Of a DNA stretch of 64,000 nt, positions 28,176 to 37,832 are shown one piece after another (the first letter of the stretch is position 1; each line of letters begins with the position of its first letter). Made by a program: the position numbers and the translations under genes. This DNA comes from Granulosicoccus sp. Its GTDB lineage: Bacteria > Pseudomonadota > Gammaproteobacteria > Granulosicoccales > Granulosicoccaceae. The notes beneath the pieces were generated by a model. It did not search any database. It was given only the letters and a program-made list of their open reading frames with translations, and was not told the DNA's origin. The stretch spans positions 7,917-71,916 of the forward strand of contig JALZWO010000086.1 of the NCBI GenBank assembly GCA_023300375.1, written 5' to 3'.

Positions 28176-29768
28176 CTAAGCAATGCCTTGGCTTTGCAGA
28201 TAGTCTTCGTAGTTTCCACGATAATCGGTATAGCTGCCTTCGTCGAGTTCGATGATTCTTGTCGCTAGTGAGCTAACAAATTCACGATCGTGGCTGACAA
28301 AAATCACGGTTCCTGAATACAGGTCAACCGCCAGGTTCAACGACTCAATAGATTCCATATCGAGGTGGTTTGTGGGTTCATCCATAATCATGACGTTGGG
28401 CGACAACATCATGAGTTTGCCGAACAACAATCGGCCCTTTTCTCCACCCGACAGCACTTTGATGGGTTTTGTGATGTCATCCTTGCCAAATAGCAGTCTG
28501 CCCAGAATGCCGCGAATTTCCTGCTCATCGTGGTTTTCATTGCCCCACTGGCTCATCCAATCAAGCACCGTGACGCTTTGATCGAATTCTTCCTCATGGT
28601 CTTGAGCAAAATAACCTAGCCGGGCATTTTCAGCCCATTTTAAATGGCCTGCAGAGGGATCCATCTCGCGAGCCAACAGTTTTACGAACGTGCTTTTCCC
28701 AATACCATTAGGACCAATAACAGCGACTTTCTCGCCAGCTTCGATCATCAAGTCTAGCTTCTTGATCACTGTATGGTCATCGTACCCTGCTGCAATATTT
28801 TCTAGTTCTGCAGCGTTACGGAATAGCTTTTTTTCCTGCTCAAAACGAATGTATGGATTTTGTCGACTTGAAGGCTTCATCTTCTCGATGGCCAGCTTGT
28901 CTATCTGCTTTTGTCGAGAGGTTGCTTGACGAGCTTTGGATTTGTTGGCCTTGAAGCGCTCTACAAAAGCTTGAAGATCAGCGATTTGGGTTTTCTTCTT
29001 GGCGTTGTCGGCGTACTGACGTTCGCGAGCCTGTGTGGAGGCCAGCATGAAGTCGTCATAGTTACCCGGGTAGACTTTGATCTCGCCGTAATCCAGATCT
29101 GCCATGTGGGTGCAGATGCTGTTGAGAAAGTGACGATCGTGAGAAATGATAATCATGGTGCTGTTGCGTTGATCAAGCACGGATTCAAGCCAGCGAATCG
29201 TATTGATGTCGAGGTTGTTGGTGGGCTCATCAAGAAGCAATAAATCAGGATCTGCAAATAGCGCTTGCACTAGCAACACGCGGAGTTTGTCGCCCGGAGC
29301 CACTTCGCTCATCAGTACATTGTGTTGCTCTAGCGGGATAGAGGCGCCTAGTAGTAGCTCGCCAGCACGCGCTTCAGCGGAGTAACCATCCATTTCGGCA
29401 AATTGCACCTCTAACTCGGCCACGCGCATGCCATCGTCTTCACTCATTTCAGGCATCGAATAAATTTTGTCGCGTTCCTGTTTGACTGTCCACAGCTCCT
29501 TGTGACCCATGATGACTGTATCGAGTACGGTGAACTCTTCGTAACCGAACTGATTCTGCGTCAACATAGCCATGCGCGTGCCTGGCAGCAGGGTCACATT
29601 ACCCGCAGAGGGTTCCAGGTCGCCACCAAGAATTTTCATGAAGGTGGATTTACCACTGCCGTTGGCACCGATCAGGCCGTAACGATTTCCCTCGCCAAAT
29701 TTTATCGACACATTGTCAAAAAGAGGCTTGGCACCGAACTGGATGGTGAGATTTGCCGTTGATATCAC
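28176..29768 (-). CDS. ybiT: ABC-F family ATPase (YbiT-like translation factor)
   Basis: Two ABC domains: GANGSGKS / DEPTNNLD and GPNGIGKS / LSGGE / DEPTNHLD; no TM segment. GTG start 29768. Confidence 0.88.
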   Translation of the reverse strand: MISTANLTIQFGAKPLFDNVSIKFGEGNRYGLIGANGSGKSTFMKILGGDLEPSAGNVTLLPGTRMAMLTQNQFGYEEFTVLDTVIMGHKELWTVKQERDKIYSMPEMSEDDGMRVAELEVQFAEMDGYSAEARAGELLLGASIPLEQHNVLMSEVAPGDKLRVLLVQALFADPDLLLLDEPTNNLDINTIRWLESVLDQRNSTMIIISHDRHFLNSICTHMADLDYGEIKVYPGNYDDFMLASTQARERQYADNAKKKTQIADLQAFVERFKANKSKARQATSRQKQIDKLAIEKMKPSSRQNPYIRFEQEKKLFRNAAELENIAAGYDDHTVIKKLDLMIEAGEKVAVIGPNGIGKSTFVKLLAREMDPSAGHLKWAENARLGYFAQDHEEEFDQSVTVLDWMSQWGNENHDEQEIRGILGRLLFGKDDITKPIKVLSGGEKGRLLFGKLMMLSPNVMIMDEPTNHLDMESIESLNLAVDLYSGTVIFVSHDREFVSSLATRIIELDEGSYTDYRGNYEDYLQSQGIA

Positions 29769-29934
29769 TAGAAAGACACCGAGGTTAGTAAACACGCTAT
29801 TGTATCGGTTTTCGACGCTACGGTTTTTCTACTGTGTCTTAACACACGATGAATTGCGCAGCAGTTGAACGTCAATTACACAATATTGTTTTCTTCTCTC
29901 TATCGGAGACCGCTTATCGAGTTACCTCATCATC

Positions 29935-30165
29935 ATGCAAGGCGTCACGTTTTATCTGCTAACCGTGCTTATCTGGGGATCAACCTAGTTGGCCATTCGT
30001 TTTCAACTAGGTGTTGTGGTTGAATCAGTCTCTCTAGCATCTTTGAAGGGTTTCTCTGGATGCCTTTGGCGTTACTCGGTGTTGCGCTTGTACTAATGGG
30101 TAATTTGCTGGCTGTCGGGCGCGGACTGGGTATTCGCTGGCGCAGGCAGAATGTCTGCGGCCTGA
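29935..30165 (+). pseudogene. DMT/EamA transporter remnant: nonsense codon plus a large internal deletion
   Basis: MQGVTFYLLTVLIWGST*LAIRFQLGVV (TAG at 29986 where homologs have Trp) joined in another frame to SIFEGFLWMPLALLGVALVLMGNLL, the EamA C-terminus. End is approximate. Confidence 0.8.
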
Positions 30166-30244
30166 TTGCGAATGTTCGGGTATCGCTTTGTTCGTTAATC
30201 TCCTACTATCCGTAATCGATCTGAAATTACACTACAGGGACATT

Positions 30245-31390
30245 ATGCCTATAGATTTCGACACGGTTGTTTCGCGTAAAGATACTGACAGCCTCAAATG
30301 GGACAAGTATCGGAATCAGGACATCTTGCCGTTCTGGGTCGCTGATATGGATTTCAAGGTGGCTCAACCCATCTTGGATGCCTTGCAGGTGAAAATGGAT
30401 CACGGTGTTTTTGGCTATACATTACCTCCTGAAGCTTTGTCAGCGGCAGTTATTGCACACCTTAAAGCCGAGTACCAATGGTCTATTGACCCTGAGTGGA
30501 TTGTCTGGCTGCCGGGTGTTGTCACAGGACTTGCGGTTAGTTGTCGTGCGTTTTGCACTGACGGTGGCGACATCGTCGTGAACCCGCCCATCTATCATCA
30601 CTTTTTCGACTCACATGAAGCTGAGCGTCAGAACGTGGTGCAAGTTCCTTTGCATAAAATAGACGATCGTTGGACCTACGATATGCAGGCATTGGAGGCC
30701 GCCTTCAGCAACAATACGCGATTGTTGATGATGTGCTCACCACATAACCCGACAGGCACGGTGTTCACGCTGAGCGAGCTGGCAGCGGTGGCTCAACTTT
30801 GTGAAAAGTACGATGTCATCATGGTGTCTGATGAAATTCACTGTGATCTGGTGATTGATCCTCAGGCGCAACACCATCCAATTGCATCAGCCTGCGCTGA
30901 TAGTGCTCAACGTATTGTGACCTTGATGAGCGGCAGCAAAACCTGGAACATTGCTGGGTTAAATTGCTCGTTTGCCATTATCAGCGACGACGCATTGCGG
31001 CACCGCTTTTGTTCCGCTGCAAACTCAATAGTGCCTTCGGTGCCGCCGCTGGCTTTTGAGGCCACGTTAGCCGCCTACCGTGATGGTGATGAATGGAGGC
31101 GTGAGCTTCTTCAGTATCTAGCGGGTAATTATGAATATATTCGCCAAGAAATCCGGTCACTGAAAGGGCTTGTTGTTGAGCCTATTCAAGCGACGTACCT
31201 GGCATGGATTGATGCCAGTGGTCTGGGCCTTGACGATACGCAAGGTTTTTTTGAGAAGCACGGTGTGGGCTTGTCTGCCGGTGAGCAGTTTGGACAGGCG
31301 CAGTACATCAGGCTTAATTTTGCTTGCTCGCGCAGCACCCTAGAGGAGGGTGTTGCCAGAATGCGTAAAGCGGTAGAGTCTTTGGGCTAG
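30245..31390 (+). CDS. MalY/PatB-family PLP-dependent C-S lyase
   Basis: SLKWD, LPFWVADMDF, CSPHNPTG, SDEIHCD and SKTWNIAG. Confidence 0.93.
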   Translation: MPIDFDTVVSRKDTDSLKWDKYRNQDILPFWVADMDFKVAQPILDALQVKMDHGVFGYTLPPEALSAAVIAHLKAEYQWSIDPEWIVWLPGVVTGLAVSCRAFCTDGGDIVVNPPIYHHFFDSHEAERQNVVQVPLHKIDDRWTYDMQALEAAFSNNTRLLMMCSPHNPTGTVFTLSELAAVAQLCEKYDVIMVSDEIHCDLVIDPQAQHHPIASACADSAQRIVTLMSGSKTWNIAGLNCSFAIISDDALRHRFCSAANSIVPSVPPLAFEATLAAYRDGDEWRRELLQYLAGNYEYIRQEIRSLKGLVVEPIQATYLAWIDASGLGLDDTQGFFEKHGVGLSAGEQFGQAQYIRLNFACSRSTLEEGVARMRKAVESLG

Positions 31391-31402
31391 CCTTTGGAGC
31401 CG

Positions 31403-32035
31403 TTACGCGACAGTTCGGGGCTGCGCCACGGTCAATGGGAATTTGCCCTCGTCCAGCGCTTTGAGAAAATTTATGGTCATGCGCGCTGTGGCTCCCCAGA
31501 GCACTTCATCGTCGAATGGCTCGTACACGATAATGGGGTGTCGCCTTGCACTTTGCGGGTCCATGTTTTGGCGTGCGCGAAACGTAAAATTTTCTCGTTT
31601 ACGTAGCCAGTTCACAGGTATGAGAAACGCTCTTGCAACCTCACTGCTCTGAAGCTTCAACGTGGTCGGCCAGTTGACGACGCCTACCACGGGCGTTACC
31701 TCAAAGTTGCTGACGGTTGTGTAGGTCTCGATGCTGCCAATGACGTTGATCTGTTCGGCGTTCACCCCGATTTCCTCGCGTGTCTCTCGCAGCGCTGCAG
31801 CGATGGGGTCTCGGTCACTGGATTCAATGCGCCCGCCTGGAAACGCAACCTGACCACTGTGGCGGTCTTTGGTGTTTTGTGCTCGGCGGATGTACAGGAT
31901 TTTCCATTGGTTGTCCTGCCACACGAGAGGGATGAGCACAGCTGCTTGGTGTAATACCTCCACCCTTGGTGAATCAGCGTTTTGATGCAACGCAATATCG
32001 TCCGGTGAGTCTATCTGGGTGAGTTTGTCGAACAT
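31403..32035 (-). CDS. Nudix CoA pyrophosphatase (NudL/PCD1-like)
   Basis: AAVLIPL, HSGQVAFPGG, AALRETREEIG and LWGATA. Confidence 0.9.
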   Translation of the reverse strand: MFDKLTQIDSPDDIALHQNADSPRVEVLHQAAVLIPLVWQDNQWKILYIRRAQNTKDRHSGQVAFPGGRIESSDRDPIAAALRETREEIGVNAEQINVIGSIETYTTVSNFEVTPVVGVVNWPTTLKLQSSEVARAFLIPVNWLRKRENFTFRARQNMDPQSARRHPIIVYEPFDDEVLWGATARMTINFLKALDEGKFPLTVAQPRTVA

Positions 32036-32214
32036 ATGTTGTATATAGTGTGCGCTGAAGGTACATCGTTCAATGCTCGTGTGAACATTAAATGTAATGT
32101 GTGGTCTGGTTTTAGCGCTAGGCCAGCTGGGCTACAGTGCTGATGTGGCGCTTGATTGACACAGAGGTACTGGGCAACCTAACTCCATCTGAAACAAGGG
32201 ATACTCTTTATCTT

Positions 32215-32823
32215 ATGCACGTTGATATGTCTTCACTATCTGGGCCACAAGCTTATGCAACCATGACGCAAACTATTGTGCCGCGTCCAGTAGCTTGGAT
32301 CCTCACCGTTAATGATACAGGCGATTACAATCTTGCACCGTACTCTTACTTCAATGCAGTGAGTAGTTCGCCGCCCATGGTTGTTTTTTCTTCAGGTGTG
32401 AAACCTGATGGATCGACAAAAGACACGCGCTATAACCTAGAGAATAACGGAGAGTGTGTCATTCACATTGCTCATCGTGAAATGGCTGAGCAAATGACTG
32501 CGTCCGCAGCAACCTTGCCACGTAATACGTCGGAAGTCAGCGAAATTGGTTTGGCAACGGCTCCAATGCCGGGCAGTAATTTGCCGCGTTTGGCAGACTG
32601 TCGCATAGCCTATGCGGCAACGCTGCGCGATACCAAACTCATTGAAAACCAGTGGTTGGGCTTTCTTGAGCTGACAAGCCTGTACTTGGACGAATCAGTG
32701 GTGGGTGAGGATGCCAAAGGACGGATGAAGGTCATGGCCGATAAGCTAGACCCCATTGGCAGGCTCGGTGGTGGCGAGTACATTACCGCAGGTGAGATTA
32801 TCGATATCAAGAGACCTGAGTGA
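32215..32823 (+). CDS. Flavin reductase-like (DIM6/NTAB) protein
   Basis: VPRPVAW, NLAPYSYFN, KDTRYN and PIGRLGGGEY. Confidence 0.88.
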   Translation: MHVDMSSLSGPQAYATMTQTIVPRPVAWILTVNDTGDYNLAPYSYFNAVSSSPPMVVFSSGVKPDGSTKDTRYNLENNGECVIHIAHREMAEQMTASAATLPRNTSEVSEIGLATAPMPGSNLPRLADCRIAYAATLRDTKLIENQWLGFLELTSLYLDESVVGEDAKGRMKVMADKLDPIGRLGGGEYITAGEIIDIKRPE

Positions 32824-32850
32824 TCAATATCAGCGGCTTATAGGCACAGT

Positions 32851-33534
32851 ATGAACTGGACACGAACGATACAGGTAGTGATTGGGTTGCTGGCATTGAG
32901 CTTACTGATCTGGTTGTGGACTATCCTTCCAATATCGCAATGGATAGATCAAGTGCGCGAATGGATACTCTCTTTGGGTGTCTTGGGTGTCGTCATTTTC
33001 GTTTTTCTGTATGTGGGGATTACGGTTGTGTTGGGGCCAGCTTCGGCACTCACCATGACGGCCGGTCTTGCTTATGGTGCGTGGGGATTTCCTCTGGTCG
33101 TTTTCTCAGCCTCCTTGGCGGCCGCTGTGGCTTTTCTGTTGGGGCGCTATATTGCCCATGCTAGGGTTAAGCGCTGGATTAGCGAAAAGCCAAAACTGCT
33201 GGCATTAAACAAAGCGGTGAGCGATGAAGGCTGGCGAGTTGTGGGCCTTATGCGCCTTAGTCCTGTCATACCCTATGGTTTACAAAACTATTTGTTCTCG
33301 GTTACAAACATCAAGTTTGTGCCCTATGTTCTGGCAACGCTTGTGGGCATCATGCCTGCCAGTGCTTTGTATGTGTATATCGGGTCACTGGGGCAAGTGA
33401 TAGGAAAAGCTGGAGCCTTGCAATGGGTGCTGGTTCTTGCGGGTCTGGCAGCCACAGCTATCGTGGCCTGGATTGTGGGACGACGCGCTACGGCTGTATT
33501 GAACAAACACGCCGACGAACCTTCCGGCGAATAA
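32851..33534 (+). CDS. TVP38/TMEM64 (VTT/DedA) membrane protein
   Basis: AFLLGRY, MRLSPVIPYGLQNY and GIMP. Confidence 0.9.
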   Translation: MNWTRTIQVVIGLLALSLLIWLWTILPISQWIDQVREWILSLGVLGVVIFVFLYVGITVVLGPASALTMTAGLAYGAWGFPLVVFSASLAAAVAFLLGRYIAHARVKRWISEKPKLLALNKAVSDEGWRVVGLMRLSPVIPYGLQNYLFSVTNIKFVPYVLATLVGIMPASALYVYIGSLGQVIGKAGALQWVLVLAGLAATAIVAWIVGRRATAVLNKHADEPSGE

Positions 33535-33894
33535 GTGAGTGCCACGTAGGTTGGGCTACTGAGGTCCGGCCATCTCTGGTCTTTGCCTCGTCCCTGGCGA
33601 GTTTCACTCAGGCTACGCCTCCCTCCTGCCCGAAATACGGTATGTCTGCCTTGAGGCTGCATTTGCCTCAACTGTTGTCAGCCGCTTTTAGCAAACTCCT
33701 CGTTAGCCTAGGCTGGGCTCCAAAACTGTGACTTTAGTCAATATTTACTGGTCAGAGGATTGTTGAATCCAAATATTGGCCGATATGCGATTAAGGCTCG
33801 AGGGCTTGGTCGGCCATGTCTTTCACTACAGCGGTGGCGGCCGATTTGATCATCGTACATCAACGTAGAGAAAATGGGAGGGTGAAGGTTTTCA

Positions 33895-34740
33895 ATGCGA
33901 AACAGGCGCCTACTTGCATCCATTGTTCACCTTGCCGCCATTGTTGTCACGGTATTCATCCTGGCACCGATAGGTCGAGCACAGGCTTACGATATGCCTA
34001 AAAACCTAAAGCCAGGTTGGCAAGGTGACGTGCAGCTAGGCGCATATGCAACGTTCGGTCCCACAGATTCTAGTGCTTTATCAGCTCGCACCATCGTCAG
34101 TTATAGCGATAAGCGATGGGAGCATGAAATAGACGCAAAGCTATTCAGGAGTACAAGTGAGGCGTTTGTCGTACGCCGAGATGCAGCAGGCGCGGCGATA
34201 CATGACGCCGACGATAAGGAAATAAAAGACCTGGTGAGCAGCACGACTAATAACCGCCGGTACATTGGTGCACAGTCTCGCTGGTTTATGTCTGCAAGTT
34301 ACTATGCTTTTGGTATTGCCGATATAGACGTTAACACGCCCATAGGCCTTGAGTTATCGTCTCGACAGATAGTAGGTTTAGGTTATAAGCTGTACCGTAG
34401 CAAAAGAGATTACTTAACTGGCGCTGTTGGTGTTGGTAGAAAACAACGGCACGATGTGTCTGGTGACAGTGAGCGTGGCTTTGTAGGCTATGTCGGTTTG
34501 CGAGTAAAACACAAGATTGGTGAGAGAACTGATTTTGGCTTCAGCATAAACTCTGACTTTGGCAGTGAAAGCCGCTTTTCCGAGGGTGAGGTCTCGCTGG
34601 CCGTGAAAGTGCGCGGGCCTTTGTCAATAAAACTGAAATACGAAGTGCAGTTTGATAGCGCTGTTTTCGATGCATTGGATAACTTCGATGAAGGTTTTGA
34701 AGCTGTGCTGAGTGTGAACTTGGCGATTGATATTTTTTAA
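33895..34740 (+). CDS. DUF481/YdiY-like outer-membrane beta-barrel
   Basis: Signal peptide, WQGDVQLG, alternating beta-strands, GLGYK and a terminal Phe. Confidence 0.75.
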   Translation: MRNRRLLASIVHLAAIVVTVFILAPIGRAQAYDMPKNLKPGWQGDVQLGAYATFGPTDSSALSARTIVSYSDKRWEHEIDAKLFRSTSEAFVVRRDAAGAAIHDADDKEIKDLVSSTTNNRRYIGAQSRWFMSASYYAFGIADIDVNTPIGLELSSRQIVGLGYKLYRSKRDYLTGAVGVGRKQRHDVSGDSERGFVGYVGLRVKHKIGERTDFGFSINSDFGSESRFSEGEVSLAVKVRGPLSIKLKYEVQFDSAVFDALDNFDEGFEAVLSVNLAIDIF

Positions 34741-34873
34741 GAAGTGCTGTTGCCTACAACGCTCAATACCGTAAAAATTTTGCAAGAAAAATTCAGAACA
34801 CATTTTAGCAAGTGTCGTGAATACTAAGCGTGTACATTAATGGCTACTGCAATTCCTTGGCATGGTGTGTTCG

Positions 34874-35920
34874 ATGGATTTTTACCAAAGTGATACGCAG
34901 CGCTTAAAAGCGATACAAGAACGAGATCCAAAGGCAGACGGCCGCTTTGTGTATGGTGTCCTAACCACCGGAATTTTTTGTTATCCCTCTTGCGCTTCAC
35001 GTACTGCAAAGCCTGAAAACATGCGCTATTTTGATTCAACCGATGAGGCACTGAGCGCAGGGTTCAGGTACTGCAAGCGATGTCGAACTGATCTACAGCC
35101 GTTGTCTGATCGTCAACGACATCTGGTTGTTCAAGCTTGTCGGTTGATTGGGAATGATGAGAAAATAATGCGAGTCGATGCTTTGGCACAGACACTTGGT
35201 GTTAGTCGTTTCCATTTGCAAAAACTGTTTAAAGAGTATGTAGGAGTGAATCCCAAAACTTACATGCAGGCCGTGAGAATGCACTGCCTACATCGTAGTC
35301 TTGACTCTCATTCCACGATCACTGAAGCCATACTCGACGCTGGGTACGATAGTTTGAGTGGTTTCTATTCTGATGTGCATAAGCGTCTGGGTATCAATGC
35401 CAGTGCTTGGCGAAAAGGATTTAACACTATGGATATGCGTTATGGCTTCGCACAATCACCTGTGGGTTTAATGGTTGTTGCACAAACCGATGTGGGTGTG
35501 TGTGCTGTCTTGTTTGGAGAGAGTCGTGAACAATTAATCGAAGAATTAACCACGCGTTTTCCAAAAGCTCAACTGCTTTTTGACGAGCAAAATTTGTCAT
35601 TGCATTTGCAGGCGATTATAAAACATCTACATGAGCCAAGTAAGTGCAATGACATACCGTTAGATATACAGGGCACCGCTTTTCAAGAGAGAGTTTGGCA
35701 GGCTTTGCGCCAAATTCCGTGTGGAAGCACAGCCAGTTATGCGGAGGTGGCGAAAGCAATAAATCAGCCCAAGGCCGCGCGTGCAGTGGCTAAAGCCTGT
35801 TCATCAAATCCAATTGCTGTATTGATTCCCTGCCATCGTGTTGTTAAAGGCAACGGCGAATTATCAGGCTATCGGTGGGGTGTAGAGCGCAAGCGTGCAC
35901 TGCTCGATAGTGAGCAGTAA
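34874..35920 (+). CDS. ada: Bifunctional Ada DNA-repair methyltransferase / transcriptional activator
   Basis: TTGIFCYPSC and FRYCKRC zinc site, AraC HTH, GTAFQERVW and PCHRV. Confidence 0.95.
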   Translation: MDFYQSDTQRLKAIQERDPKADGRFVYGVLTTGIFCYPSCASRTAKPENMRYFDSTDEALSAGFRYCKRCRTDLQPLSDRQRHLVVQACRLIGNDEKIMRVDALAQTLGVSRFHLQKLFKEYVGVNPKTYMQAVRMHCLHRSLDSHSTITEAILDAGYDSLSGFYSDVHKRLGINASAWRKGFNTMDMRYGFAQSPVGLMVVAQTDVGVCAVLFGESREQLIEELTTRFPKAQLLFDEQNLSLHLQAIIKHLHEPSKCNDIPLDIQGTAFQERVWQALRQIPCGSTASYAEVAKAINQPKAARAVAKACSSNPIAVLIPCHRVVKGNGELSGYRWGVERKRALLDSEQ

Positions 35921-35948
35921 CAAGAGGCAGCTTGAGCTTTATTTGGTT

Positions 35949-37832
35949 TTATTGAAGGCTGAATTGCTTACCGGTAAAAATATCACCGATTAACACTTTT
36001 ACTTGCTGTAGCCAAGGCTCGCTTTCATTGCATGGTGGCATGGATTCGTTAGTTTCGATACAGGCCACAGTAGTATTGTTTGAAGCGGTGTAGTGCATTC
36101 CATAGACTGGACGTATTTTCAAAGTATCTGGATTGAGCGATGCATCAAAGCTTTGTGTTTCACGTTGTCCGAGTAGCGACATGATAATAGAGGGCATACG
36201 ATACATAGGTACATCGCCTAGCTCTAACGGTCCCCGCTGGCCGTCGATGACAATCAGTGGTGTGGAGGTTAGTTTTTGCAACTGCTCGCCAGAGTATTGC
36301 GAGCGCTCTTCAGGTAGTGCCCAAGCTTGCGTGTACACATCAAAGTTTGGGCCAAGAAACGGGAGATGATCACCGAAGATAACAATCAATGAGTTTGGGT
36401 CTTCGCGCTTTACTATCTCGAGACGTTGCATCAGGTCGCGTGATTTGTACCAGATCTGATTGATATAAGCGTTTAATAAAACTGAGTCGTGCCCGGATGT
36501 CACTTTATCTGGGTAGTTGTCGTTGCTTGGGTACGGTAGATGTCCGTGATAAGTCAGCATGTAGTTAAAAACAGGCACACTCGGTTCTGTGTCACTGATG
36601 TACTGAAACACTTGATCGTACATACTGTGGTCCATCAGTAATGGTCCAACAGAATCTGTCATATCAAAATCGGCTTTATTCAGGTAAGTGTCAAAGCCAA
36701 TCAACTGGTAGGAGTTAGTGCGATTCCAGAAGCCAGCTACATTGGGGTGTGAGGCCATGGTGTTGTAGCCAAGCTGTGATAACACTCTGGGTAGGCAGGG
36801 GGCGGAGCGTCGAAACCAGCCTTCAAAAAACACCGCATGTCGAGTGACTGGAAATCCGCAGAGTATTTCAAATTCTGCATTAGCTGTAAAACCACCAAAC
36901 ACCGGAGACATAGCTTGTGTATAGCCAGTTTGTTTCCACAGATCTCTAAAATCTTCTGGTAATGGATCCTCTGGGACCCAATCTGTTCCCAGAGACAACG
37001 GGTCAAAAAAAGACTCTAATACAAACACATGCACATTGCGCTGTGTAGGCTTTGCTTCAGGGTCAATAGCCGCATTGAATTCAGGTTCAAGCTGTCGTTC
37101 ATGTATTGCGGTGAGTTCGTGTGTTGAGGCGGGTTCGTATGCTGGGGTGAGTTTATGTGTTCCAGTGAGTGCTAACTGTTGTTGAGCAAAGTCAACGAGT
37201 TCACGCACCGGCGGTTTATCAACCTTACTGATTGTGCGTATGACTTCGTGAGTAAGATGTAAGGCAAGGCCTCGCTCACGAAAGTTCTGGGGCTGATTCC
37301 ATACTGAATTACCGATATGAGTATCGAGTGCTACACGCAGTGGTTCGCTGTAAGAATTCACGGCAACCCCCATTGTCGTTATTAGAACTAGTGTGGCCCA
37401 AACACTGGCCTTTTCCCATGCAATAAAAGCCACGCCTAAAATCAATGGGATACTGGCAACGAAGAAAAGAACCCAACGACGCCAACCCTCTGTCAAAAAG
37501 AAAAAATTCTGTATGTTCAATAAATCATCTGGGCTCGCAGGTGTCCCCAGAACGGATAATTTGGCCGCATTGCTCAGTTGAAACATGACAATTACGACGC
37601 CAGAAAACACTAAGGATTTTTTAACTGACAGCGTTAGTGCAAAAGCCAGAATGGCTATAATCAGATTGCCGATGTAGTCGCGGTACCAAAACCCCCAGTT
37701 TAGGGTGATATCAAAACCTGCTTCAGCGATTACTCTGCAAGCCAGAGTAATCGCTAATGTGGTAGCACACACTGTACCTGTGGCTATGGCTACGCTTTTC
37801 ACACTCGGAAGGTCATGATGCTGCGTGCTCAA
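35949..37832 (-). CDS. LTA-synthase / sulfatase family membrane transferase (candidate phosphoglycerol transferase)
   Basis: N-terminal TM helices, VLESF, GGFTANAEFE (catalytic Thr), HPN...WNR and GDHLP. TTG start overlaps the upstream stop codon (TTGA). Confidence 0.8.
   Translation of the reverse strand: MSTQHHDLPSVKSVAIATGTVCATTLAITLACRVIAEAGFDITLNWGFWYRDYIGNLIIAILAFALTLSVKKSLVFSGVVIVMFQLSNAAKLSVLGTPASPDDLLNIQNFFFLTEGWRRWVLFFVASIPLILGVAFIAWEKASVWATLVLITTMGVAVNSYSEPLRVALDTHIGNSVWNQPQNFRERGLALHLTHEVIRTISKVDKPPVRELVDFAQQQLALTGTHKLTPAYEPASTHELTAIHERQLEPEFNAAIDPEAKPTQRNVHVFVLESFFDPLSLGTDWVPEDPLPEDFRDLWKQTGYTQAMSPVFGGFTANAEFEILCGFPVTRHAVFFEGWFRRSAPCLPRVLSQLGYNTMASHPNVAGFWNRTNSYQLIGFDTYLNKADFDMTDSVGPLLMDHSMYDQVFQYISDTEPSVPVFNYMLTYHGHLPYPSNDNYPDKVTSGHDSVLLNAYINQIWYKSRDLMQRLEIVKREDPNSLIVIFGDHLPFLGPNFDVYTQAWALPEERSQYSGEQLQKLTSTPLIVIDGQRGPLELGDVPMYRMPSIIMSLLGQRETQSFDASLNPDTLKIRPVYGMHYTASNNTTVACIETNESMPPCNESEPWLQQVKVLIGDIFTGKQFSLQ

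Noticed and set aside
33541-33650. c-di-GMP-I riboswitch-like string on the minus strand (CCTG..GAAA..CAGGGACG..GCAAAG)
   Set aside because: Lacks the GCAAAC 5' element, has insertions, and points at the 3' end of a convergent gene instead of lying in a 5' UTR.
33738-34001. Small ORFs 33738-33923 (-) and 33816-34001 (+)
   Set aside because: They overlap the DUF481 start and have no recognisable motif or convincing RBS.
34773-34787. Ada box upstream of ada (AAA-N6-GCAAGA)
   Set aside because: The A-box mismatches AAT and the context is AT-rich, so a chance match is plausible.
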